A stretch of DNA of 46,050 bases, taken from positions 1-46,050 of the forward strand of contig JALAGF010000953.1 in assembly GCA_030167865.1 (NCBI GenBank), given 5' to 3'. Of this stretch, positions 1-9,753 are shown in pieces. The notes under the pieces were generated by a model, which saw nothing but the letters and a program-made list of their open reading frames with translations, searched no databases and had not been told where the DNA came from. Position 1 is the stretch's first letter; the number at the start of each line of letters is the position of its first letter. The position numbers and the translations under genes are program-made. The DNA comes from Craspedostauros australis. Lineage: Eukaryota.

Positions 1-859
1 AACATCATAGAACCTTCTGCCAACAACAACGGGTTTTGTGCTGTTGGACCCACGTGACTGCTATGCACACATAGATCACTCCATCAAACTTAAAATAAAG
101 ATCTAACAAAAAATGTAACGGTTAATTATGTATAATGAGATTATAAGGATTACGAATATGTGCTTGGTTTGGATATCGCAGATGAAAAGTTAGAATGTCC
201 ATTTCAAAGTGCAGGTCGACTCACTGATCGGGCTCATATCGAAAGTGTTGTGAGTTGTGGTAATACCTATGTATCTTGTCATAGTTGTTCCCACGATTCC
301 GGGCAGATGCGACTCGGGTTTCTCTCTGTCTTGATCGTTGGATGGGCGCCGTTGGTCTGATTCACGTCTGTCTGTCCATCGGGTGCCAACACTCACGAAT
401 TTCCGCAGGATCCCATTTTCATTCATAACAGGGTCGTTTTGTCTTCTTCCAACACACCGAGCGAAGAATGCATATTTTGTCGCTTCTATGACAACGAGAG
501 GTACATATTGTTGGAAATTTGCACTTGCATAGAATTTTCTGAAGCGATTTTTACGAGTACGCAATGAAATTATTATCTCGGGAGAACTTTTGTGCTCGAA
601 ACGTCATTTCCGTCCTGAATTGGAGCGCTGAGCCTCAATTTCCCCGACAGCCAAGACATATCTTGGTTGAAAGCCAGCGGGAGCGAAAAACCCTATGTAC
701 ACAAGTCAACCGCGAACTATTCGCAAGGGTGTTGTCAATTCCTGTCTCGAATCGTGACCACGAGAAATATCACAACGGGGAATTCTATCTCGCATGGGCT
801 TCTGTTTGTAATTTATGAACATCCGAGCAGTTGTCAACGAAAGGTCATCTTTCTATGTG

Positions 860-919
860 CACCAGTCAGTCATAGTAATACGGATGTGTCACCAGTCAGT
901 CATAGCAATAAGGATGTGT
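860..919. repeat. 30-bp tandem duplication upstream of the first mucin-like gene
   Basis: CACCAGTCAGTCATAGTAATACGGATGTGT (860-889) is followed by CACCAGTCAGTCATAGCAATAAGGATGTGT (890-919), with 2 mismatches. Confidence 0.9.
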
Positions 920-1523
920 GAGTTGCCGCGATTTTCGCTGATTCAACGTTTCGCATCCACTTTCGCCGACGGGCAAACACACTGTGAATGCTCTTTCCTT
1001 CGCTCTGTGGGCGGCGCGTGTTGGCTGCGCTGAGTCGCCCCTCTTTGCGGAGCATCACGATGACAGCCTCGAGCGAAGAGCGAAAAACGACCAATCACCA
1101 CGGCAAACACCAGCCAACCACTGCGCGACACCCTGGCACACTCTCCCCACTCTCTTGCGGAGCATCAGGTGTCTCCATGCCACACTCGTACTTCACTTGA
1201 GTGAGCAGAAGTGTCCAGCCATTTGCTGTCTCGCAGCAATAACGGCAATACCACAACACTCTTCACAGACACCACGTGAACCTCCATCAATTCGATTCGA
1301 CATCTCTTCATCTGTTGCTTGGAATAGCAACACTGTCTGTCATAAAAACAGCCGACCACCAGATTGCAGAGCTATCGCCAGCCAACAGCAAACAGCCGAC
1401 AATCATCACAAATACTTCAATCTTCCAAGCTGACCATCATTCGTAACCACCGCAAAAGCAGACTGCTCATCAGAAATCCAAGCGTTCTTGGCTCGAACAG
1501 CAGAAGCAGCAGCAGTAGCCAAG

Positions 1524-4500
1524 ATGATCATCACAAGGGCAACCGTCACGGTCATGCTTATCGTCGCCAACATGGCAACGACCCACGCCGAGCTGCGTGG
1601 CACCAACAACCTCATAAACCGAAAGGAAGAACTGCATACAATGATGACGAAGACTCGCACCCTCAAGACCGTCGTCGGCAACAATCCAAAGGGAGTGAAG
1701 CAGAACAAAAACAACCGTGTGCCACCAACAAGCTCTGCACCGACCCTCTCGCCCACAGACATAGTGGCAGGAGAACCAACACCATCGCCGACTTCGCAGC
1801 CAACCTCTGACCCAGACCCCTTCGATGCCACCATCGAAGTCATTTGCCGGCCAGATGGCAAGACCGCCCTCACAACACAAGAGCAAAGCGCCAAGACCAT
1901 CATCTGTAACTCTGCCAAGCCATCCTGCCGCGAAGCCATCAGCGCCGTCAAGGAATCCGAGCAGCTGCAGAACTTCTTCGCGTGCGCTGGAGACCTCGGT
2001 GAAGGAGCCGCTCGCAAGCTCTTCAACAAGTACGCATCCAGCGACTACCTTGCTGGCCAATTGGCCCTGGTCGCTGCCACCAAGCCGCTCCTCGTCACCG
2101 AACGACCAGATGCAATGGAGGAGACGTGCATGACCATCGGAATGGCTCAGTCGCCGCCTACTGCTGATCCGTGCTGCCAAGGATCCTTGGGATGCACCTC
2201 AGTCACAGGTTCCGCCTCCAATTCTCCTCCATTCATGACTATCGCCATCACGGCATGCACCAGTGACAGCGCATGCAAAGACATGGGACCCAACCCCCTC
2301 ATCCTCGATTCCTCCTGCACTGGTATGAGTGCCTGCGAGTTGATGAATGAGAATGAGGTCAACCCGTCCATCACAGGAGTCACCTTCGTTGGTGAGATGG
2401 CATGCACTACCCCTCAATCTTGTGAGGGAGTGGGACGCCGTTCTCATGGTGATGTCACCATCCAGACTGGCGCATGCATTGGGTCAGAGTCATGCAACTC
2501 CGCTGGCCGCCGTGTGGAGCAATCAGCACCATCCTTCCGCTATCGAAGTCACATCGATATTGGTTCGAATGCGTGTGTCGGCAGCAATGCCTGCAAGGAT
2601 GCCCATTCCACTGTCAATCATGGTACTGCGGGCAAGTATGCAGGCAGCCTGACCATTGGTGCTGGTGGCTGTGCCGCCGATGGGTCATGCGAGAAGATGG
2701 GCTTCAATGACAAGATGAGGACGGATATCATCGTTCCTCCTGGTGGATGCGGCGATGCCGAAGGCTGCAGGGGATGCATGACGAAGACAGAGTGCAACTT
2801 TGATGAGGTGTATCTCATCAGTGATGTGGGGGAAGCCTGTCCCAAGGGAGGCAGAGACACAAACTTCCTTCCAACAGGTGACAAGGTGGAGGAATACTGC
2901 ATTGGTAAGAACATATTGCCAACAGAGTGTCCGACATTCTTTCCCACCCCATTTCCCACTGTATCGGCTGAACCCACGCATGTTCCCACATTGGGTCCAA
3001 CATCAACTCCCACATCGGTTCCCACATCAGCCCCAACATCGGCCCCGACGTCAGCCCCAACATCAGCTCCCACGTCGGCTCCTACATCGGCTCCCACATC
3101 AGCTCCCACATCAGCTCCGACATCGGCTCCGACATCGGCTCCCACATCGGCTCCTACATCGGCTCCGACATCAGCTCCTACATCGGCTCCGACATCAGCC
3201 CCTACATCAGCTCCTACATCGGCTCCCACATCAGCCCCCACATCGGCTCCCACATCGGCTCCCACATCAGCCCCCACGTCAGCTCCCACATCGGCTCCCA
3301 CGTCAGCTCCCACATCAGCTCCCACATCGGCTCCTACATCGGCTCCGACATCGGCTCCCACATCAGCCCCCACATCAGCTCCTACATCAGCTCCTACATC
3401 GGCTCCCACATCAGATCCCACATTGGCTCCTACTTCAGTTCCCACATTGGCTCCAACAGCAGCTCCAACATCGGCTCCTACATCGGATCCGACGTCAGCT
3501 CCCACATCGGCTCCAACAGCAGCTCCTACGTCGGCACCTACATCGGCTCCGACGTCAGCCCCAACTTCAGCTCCAACTCTCACCCCAGCATCCTTCACTG
3601 TTGGATGTCTCTCAATACCGGGTGACGACACATCAATGTTCAATACGATCATTGGTGACATCCTTTGTGATGAGGCGACAGGTACATGCGCTAACTTTGT
3701 CGCTGCAGTTGACGCCCTCGGTGACAAGGGAAAGATGATCAAGAGCATCTTTGGATGTAATGATAAGGACCCTCCAGGGCGCACGTCATTGCAGGAGGCG
3801 CAGAAACGCTTTGATAAGATCAAGAACGAAGAAAGTGTGACCACTGCATTGTTGGCAATCGTGAACGAGGACAAGAAGCTCTTCACCGGTAGCGCGTCTG
3901 TGGTGACGGATGCGTGCAGTGGCACATGCTGCAATGGTCAAAATGCTTGCTACATTGACCCTCCTGATACTGGTGTCATGACGGTGAGCTCAGGGTCGTG
4001 CTTTGGACAAAGTGCTTGCATATACACACGTCTCGACGCAATCATACTTGACAGTTGCAAGGGCATAGATGCCTGCTATCGGGTGGGCAATTTCTTTTCA
4101 GATCAGCCAGCTCGTCGTGCCAAAGTCGGATTCAGGGTGATCGGACCAAGAGCTTGCCTGAAACTGCGGAGTTGCAATGTTCTTGGAGTTAATACCTTTG
4201 GCAATATACAAGTGCAAGAAGGAGCATGCGATGGAAAGGATGCATGCAGTCACCTTGCCAATCGCAGCAATCAAGGGTCTTCAACCACAACACCGATCGT
4301 GGCAAGTGTCTTCATCGAACCGAATGCATGTGAAGGGGAGCAAGCATGTGCCAGCTTGCATTTCCGCGCAGACACCAAATTTGGAGGAAGCGTGATCATC
4401 GAAGACAGTGCCTGCTCGGGTGCGAGTGTGTGTAGGGATCTTGGCAAAAGTGACAGTGCAACCAATGACATCGTCATCAGAACAGGAGTCTGCACGACAG

Positions 4501-4622
4501 CCGCCACCTGCACCTTATGCGGCCAAGGACAATTGTGTGCATCACCGACAGAGACGTACATAGTTGAAGACGAAGGCATGGATTGCCCTGGGCCATTCCA
4601 AGCTGCCTGTGAAGTACTCTAA
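1524..4622 (+). CDS. Secreted cysteine-rich, mucin-like (PTS-repeat) cell-surface/extracellular glycoprotein, paralog A
   Basis: Single long ORF. The first ATG at 1524 gives a signal peptide (MIITRATVTVMLIVANMATTHA) followed by ELRG and an RTL (RXL) motif. Two Cys-rich modules with recurring (S/A)CxGxx(A/S)C units flank about 50 PTSA-type repeats. It is clearly paralogous to 34543-37515. Confidence 0.9.
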   Translation: MIITRATVTVMLIVANMATTHAELRGTNNLINRKEELHTMMTKTRTLKTVVGNNPKGVKQNKNNRVPPTSSAPTLSPTDIVAGEPTPSPTSQPTSDPDPFDATIEVICRPDGKTALTTQEQSAKTIICNSAKPSCREAISAVKESEQLQNFFACAGDLGEGAARKLFNKYASSDYLAGQLALVAATKPLLVTERPDAMEETCMTIGMAQSPPTADPCCQGSLGCTSVTGSASNSPPFMTIAITACTSDSACKDMGPNPLILDSSCTGMSACELMNENEVNPSITGVTFVGEMACTTPQSCEGVGRRSHGDVTIQTGACIGSESCNSAGRRVEQSAPSFRYRSHIDIGSNACVGSNACKDAHSTVNHGTAGKYAGSLTIGAGGCAADGSCEKMGFNDKMRTDIIVPPGGCGDAEGCRGCMTKTECNFDEVYLISDVGEACPKGGRDTNFLPTGDKVEEYCIGKNILPTECPTFFPTPFPTVSAEPTHVPTLGPTSTPTSVPTSAPTSAPTSAPTSAPTSAPTSAPTSAPTSAPTSAPTSAPTSAPTSAPTSAPTSAPTSAPTSAPTSAPTSAPTSAPTSAPTSAPTSAPTSAPTSAPTSAPTSAPTSAPTSAPTSAPTSAPTSAPTSAPTSDPTLAPTSVPTLAPTAAPTSAPTSDPTSAPTSAPTAAPTSAPTSAPTSAPTSAPTLTPASFTVGCLSIPGDDTSMFNTIIGDILCDEATGTCANFVAAVDALGDKGKMIKSIFGCNDKDPPGRTSLQEAQKRFDKIKNEESVTTALLAIVNEDKKLFTGSASVVTDACSGTCCNGQNACYIDPPDTGVMTVSSGSCFGQSACIYTRLDAIILDSCKGIDACYRVGNFFSDQPARRAKVGFRVIGPRACLKLRSCNVLGVNTFGNIQVQEGACDGKDACSHLANRSNQGSSTTTPIVASVFIEPNACEGEQACASLHFRADTKFGGSVIIEDSACSGASVCRDLGKSDSATNDIVIRTGVCTTAATCTLCGQGQLCASPTETYIVEDEGMDCPGPFQAACEVL
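2973..3590 (+). repeat. Coding 12-bp minisatellite encoding (PTSA)n
   Basis: Units of CCN ACR TCR GCY, about 50 copies, with synonymous third-position variation and occasional PTLA/PTSD/PTAA variants. Confidence 0.95.
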
Positions 4623-4803
4623 TCACCATATACACATCCACGCATACTAGAATGCTCTAGTTCGCACTCTACCAACATTTTCCTATTTTGTGCTGGCGAA
4701 ACCGAGCATTCCGTCACGATGATGTCAACTCAAGCTTCGCTGGTGGTTTCTGCACTCTCTCAGTCACTAATTGAGTCAAGGATACTGTTTTGGTGCCACA
4801 TGT

Positions 4804-4864
4804 CTTGTTGTTGTTGTTGTTGTTGTTGTTGCGGTTGCGTTTGCGTTTGCGTTTGATGTTGTTT
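4804..4864. repeat. Compound microsatellite (GTT)n/(TTTGCG)n
   Basis: Reads cttgttgttgttgtt...gcggttgcgtttgcgtttgcgtttgatgttgtt. Confidence 0.85.
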
Positions 4865-4902
4865 TGTGTGGAATTGCGCACAGTTTTCATCACACTCCCA
4901 TC

Positions 4903-5714
4903 TGTTGGCAAGTTCCGTGGACAGATACCTTGCGATCATGGAAGACAGTGTTGGTTGATAGTCGATTCTGTTTGCTTTTTCATTACGTTGGCACTCCGAT
5001 CCTCTCGGTGTCCATTCTCTCGCCCGATGCTCTCAGCGCATTTGTCTGTTTTGTAGATTGGGACTCCGACTATGAGTCAGTACGCGAGATGCTCTCTTGC
5101 TGCTATTGTATTCTCTCTCTCTCCCTCCAATGTTGCGTGTTCATGTTACACGATACTCCATGTTCGATGCATACTCCACATTCAACACTCCGTTTGTTCA
5201 CTACTGGTTCCTACTCCATGAGTACTTATCACTTGAACTCCTCTTTATGTATCCATGATCTTGATGTCCTCCGGTCATCAAATCTTCACCTTCTGCTTCT
5301 GACATGGAGATAGATGTCAACGTGGTGACACGATGACATCCTGTCAACGTCAGTAGGCATCCTTCTGCTCTCCAGATGTCATGTTCCATCGATGATGTTG
5401 ACGTCTTGGTGAGGGTATTGTCATTTGAGGTTTAGTTGGGAAGAATATCGAGTTTCACTCGATACCATACGTTCCCATTGATGGATGGATGGACGGACGA
5501 TGTTCCTGATACTCTCAAAAATCGTTGATTGCAAATTTCCTCCAGAAATTCTGCTCATTTTTGTGTGTTCCATTTCCACTGTGATTCTGACAAGTCACAG
5601 CATACTATTGACACGAATGTAGTTGTACCGTCCGTACATGTATAAGAGAATAGCGGGTGAACGATGCACACATACACATACATCTTGGCATATACACGCA
5701 TGTACATCTTGACA
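4903..5714. mobile_element. Solo-LTR-like element, copy 1 (about 810 bp, TG...CA termini)
   Basis: Begins TGTTGGCAAGTTCCG and ends TGTACATCTTGACA. It is colinear over its whole length with 6162-6958. The flanks do not match (left CCCATC, right CTGGGA), so there is no target-site duplication. Confidence 0.75.
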
Positions 5715-7286
5715 CTGGGAGGTGTACCAAGGCGCACGAAAAGCGAGGAAAAAACAGGCTATGTCGAAATTTGTCACGAAATGGTCGTCAGGTTTTGTGG
5801 GCATAGGCAGGAAGATGAAGCAGATGGGGCAACAAGAGAGTTCCACCTGCATGTTCTGTGGCACTGACAAAACAACTCAGCACGTCCTGCAATACAAGGA
5901 ACACAAGACAGCATGGAATCATGCGACTGAGGAACTGCTTGACAGGATGGTGAGGATCGGCTCAGCCCCGAGGCTGGTGTCGAGCATGCGAGTGGGACTG
6001 GTCCGGTGACAGCGACGCCAGGGGACACGGAGCATCCAAGGTGACATCGAGTGGTACCCCTTGTTGCTGGGTTTTCTTCATAAGGATTGGCGGCGGCAGC
6101 AGGCTCGATGGATGGAACAACACGAGTGTGTTTTTCCGGACGCAATGGCGTGGACAAAGGATGTTGGCAAGTTCCGCTCACGGTAACCTACGATCGTGGA
6201 AGGTGGTGTTGGTTGATAGTCGTTTGTTTGCTATTTTATTAGTTGGTTACTCCAATCCTCTTGGTGTACACCAGTTCTCTTGCCTGATGCTCTTGGCGCT
6301 TCAATCTGTTTTGTAGATTCAGTCTCCGACTATGAGTCGGTACACAAGATGCTCTCTCGCTCCTCTCTGTATTCTCTCTCTCTCTCTCGACATTGTGTAT
6401 TCGTGCTGCACAATACTCCGTGTTTGATGAGTACTCCGCATTTGACACTCCGTTTGTTCAGTACTGGCTTCTACTCCATGAGTACTTACCATTTGAAGTT
6501 CACCTTCAGTATCCATGATGCTGATCCTCTTTGGTCATCGGATCTTTACCTTCTGCTCTGACTTGGAGACAGATGTCAACGTGGTGACATGATGACATCC
6601 TGTCAACGTCAGTAGGTGTCCTTCTGCTCTCCAGATGTCACGTTCCATTGGTGATGCAGCAGCCTGTCAGATGATATCGTCATCTGAGGTTTAGTTGGGA
6701 AGTACCTCGAGACTCTCTTGGTACCATTGATGGATGGACGGACGATCTTCTAATTCTCTCAGAAATCGTCAATTGCAAATTTCCTCCAGAAATCTTGCTC
6801 ATTTTCGTGTGTTCCATTTCCACTGTAATTCTGACGAATCACAGTATACTATCGACACGAATGTAGTTATACCGTCCAAGTGCGTATGAGAGAATAGCGG
6901 GTGAACGATGCACATATACACGTACATCTCGACATATACTCACATGTACATCTCGACAAAAGGAGGTGGTTCGATGGATCTGGAAGGTTCCCTGGAGTGT
7001 CTGGATAGCGCGAAACGAGAAAGTGCATGGCAACGAACAGTATCCGTCTTTGGTAGAGGTGCGACGGCAAGTGCGACGGATCACGACAAGCGCCAGTCAG
7101 GACATGAATGAGTCGGAAGCGACCCTACTTAGGGAGGGGCACCAGATGGAATACGGAACGGAGTCGGAGATGTGGCAGTGGATACTTGACATGGGGGAGG
7201 TTCATTCCAGGGTGGCCGCTCGGCGACGGGCGCGCACCATGCAGAATGAGAGGCGGCTGATGAGTAGCTGGCTCGGCCTAGTATGA
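5715..7286 (+). mobile_element. 3' remnant of a non-LTR retrotransposon (LINE, diatom Ambal-like ORF2 C-terminus), interrupted by the 6162-6958 element
   Basis: One frame reads WEVYQGA..KFVTKWSSGFVGIG..CMFCG..TTQHVLQY (degenerate CxxC..H..C knuckle), then a TGA at 6007-6009, then QGDIEWYPLLLGFLHKDW..Q..AMAWTK. Removing 6162-6964 rejoins it in frame to EVVRWIWKVPWSVWIARNEKVHG (W..RN..H motif of LINE ORF2 ends). Stop at 7286. The Ambal assignment is from motif recall. Confidence 0.8.
6162..6958. mobile_element. Solo-LTR-like element, copy 2, with AAAGGA target-site duplication
   Basis: Begins TGTTGGCAAGTTCCG and ends TGTACATCTCGACA. It is flanked by AAAGGA at 6156-6161 and 6959-6964, and excision restores the LINE reading frame. 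Confidence 0.85.
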
Positions 7287-9689
7287 TTCAGGTGTTCGAC
7301 GGCTCGCTCGAAGCCTGGTCCTACGGGGCCGGTGGAGGCAAGGGTAAAGCCTACAGGGAACATTTCTAATGTAATCATTGAGCTATTATTAGTGATGCGA
7401 TAACATGCAATGAAGCATTCAGATCAGAACAGTCTAAACTAGAAACCTATTCTACAGAAGAGAAGCCGATCCAGTCATGTTGGTCGCCTTTCTGTGTAGG
7501 TCACGAATGAGTCACGAGTGTTAATGTGAAATCCGAACGTGAGTGCCACATGTGACATGGACTCAGGGGTGTGAATGTGAAATGCGATGGGCCTCTGACA
7601 ACATCAGCCGCAACCACAAGAGGAGGCACCGTTCGGAAGGATCTCGCGTTTCCTTGCGCCGGCGCTGATGAGCAAAGAACAAGACATGATGGCCTCTCTG
7701 TGCAAAAAATGGAGCGACGGAATCCATTCACCACCCTCTAATCGTGTCTGGCCGCAATCGCGAGGAGGGGTCTTCGGCGAGGGAAGCGTGGATTTTGAGC
7801 GTCCTGCTGCCGCATCTTTACCTCACTTTTCGTTGTGCACCAGTGTGGAGGCAAACACGCAGAGCAGAAATGAAGTGTCGCAGAGCAGTGCATGAGAAGC
7901 TTCTTGTGGTGCTGTGACTTGACTTTGTTAGCGACTTGGCTCTTCTGCGACGGCCAAAGAAGGCGAAAGTGCACTCTCTGGTGCAGCTTCGCAAGTATTC
8001 CAGGAGCTTCCTTGCGCCCGCTCTCTCTCTCTTTGGAATTACGCGGTGACTCACTCCATCCCATGAATGCGCTTCGATACGTTTGGCGTCGCACAGTTGA
8101 TGTTTGCAACGGTGCCTGCGTTCTATTGTTGATGAATGTGGAACGTCAACGCATGGAACATCACAAGGAAATTCAACCACGAAGAACACAGAAACGCTGT
8201 TGAATTTCTCTGGAGTGCGTGCTCACATGGGGTAGGTATGGCAATTGCACGTGTCACAAAAGATAGCGACGACGACATCTCTTTTTGGTCTCTCTCTCTC
8301 TTCGCTCATTGGAAGAAACAGGGAAAGTGCAGCGTGTGAATTCATGGCGGTGTTCCAGTGATTCCGTGGTATTTTGAAGCCGGAGTCTGTATTTATGACA
8401 GAGTTGATGTTGGATACGAATGATCCGAAACTTCAATATTCGTATAAGTGGGCGTGACATCATCCAGCTGTCCGAATCCCACGAATCAGGACATCATGGT
8501 CGTGTGAGATCCGCAACGCGTCACTGCGAACCTGTCGAATGGTGACGTCTGGGACATCTGCACGCGTTCTTGTTGGTGGCTGTTCCGCACCAATCCACAC
8601 CCGCGCCTCTCTTTCTCTCTCTGCGTTGAAAGATTGGAGTTGTGTGGTGAATAGTTGGCTGTTGATGCAGACGCCACAGCACTGTCCACGAGTAGCCGAG
8701 CTGCACGTACCAATACGTATCAGACGAGCCATGGGAAACAGATCGAAAGCATGCAAGCAGCGATTTGATTTGGTCCTCGCCGTGGATCCGCGCCAATCTC
8801 TGTCCGCGCCGCGAGGGAGATATGCACGTTTGGCTGCTTGGATGGAGCTCCCCATGTTCCCGCGAGTACGAGGTATGAGCCACGATCTGTGAACTGCGTT
8901 GCAACCGCCCACACCACTGTGAACAAGCGAGGAGGCATAGACATGACGACAGAGCGGTCACGACCAACCATCGAACTTCCAGGATTCGAACCAAAGGAAC
9001 CGGTACAACGCGTCTGGACACTCCATAAATCAATGCCAGACAAACTGTCATGGCGAGAGAAAGATGGAGTGTTCGTCACACGTCGTGTCATTCCGTCTGT
9101 TGAAACAAACAAATAAACACGATTCTGTGTCACACAGCGGAGCGGGCATAGGGAGTCTTCGCCAAGGTGCCATAGGTATGAGGCAAGTACGGATAGGTAC
9201 TGTGCTCGCCAAACAGAGAAGAAATGTCATAGCCTCACCTACGAATACAATGCAAAGCCAACAAGGATCTCAAAGAACAAAGGCAGATGGGACTCCCATC
9301 ACACCACCGTCGTTGGCGATGACAGGGAAACAACGAAGGCACAGACATCACCGGATCGCTTTATCAGATGACCATCTGCAGTGAGCCAAGATTTCCGAAC
9401 CCCGATCTGTCAAGGGAACACCAAAAAGTGGAAAACCCAAATTTGTTGTCTGCGCTCGTATTTGGAACAGGTGTGGAACGCTTCAACATGGCAGAGCGGG
9501 ATTTTTTCGCGGCGCGGCAACAGTGTCAGCACCTCGCTGTCCATTCCAACCGCTCTTCTCCGCTCCCATAATTCGAAAATCATCCCCATCTTGGACACCA
9601 ACTCGAGCATCAGCGCTCAGATATTGCCTTTCATTTGTTTATTCGTGGCCAATTGCCGACCGATCCAAGCCATCGCAATCGCAATCACG

Positions 9690-9718
9690 ATGTCTTGCCA
9701 ACGCACCACAGACCAACT

Positions 9719-9753
<35 letters not shown>

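Noticed and set aside
190..564. 124-aa ORF in the AT-richer left end
   Set aside because: No recognisable motif or codon bias. It could be eroded TE sequence but this cannot be supported.
2973..3590. CRISPR-like or non-coding repeat array
   Set aside because: These are contiguous 12-bp units without spacers, varying at synonymous positions inside a long ORF, so this is a coding mucin repeat.
2618..3934. 438-aa minus-strand (GADV)n ORF and the 312-aa Leu/His/Pro/Arg ORF at 2800-3738
   Set aside because: They are antisense and alternative-frame shadows of the PTSA repeat.
4903..6958. A single TRIM/LARD-type element with two LTRs enclosing a captured LINE fragment
   Set aside because: The outer flanks do not form a TSD. 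Copy 2 has its own TSD, and the LINE frame continues beyond copy 2. There is no convincing PBS or PPT.
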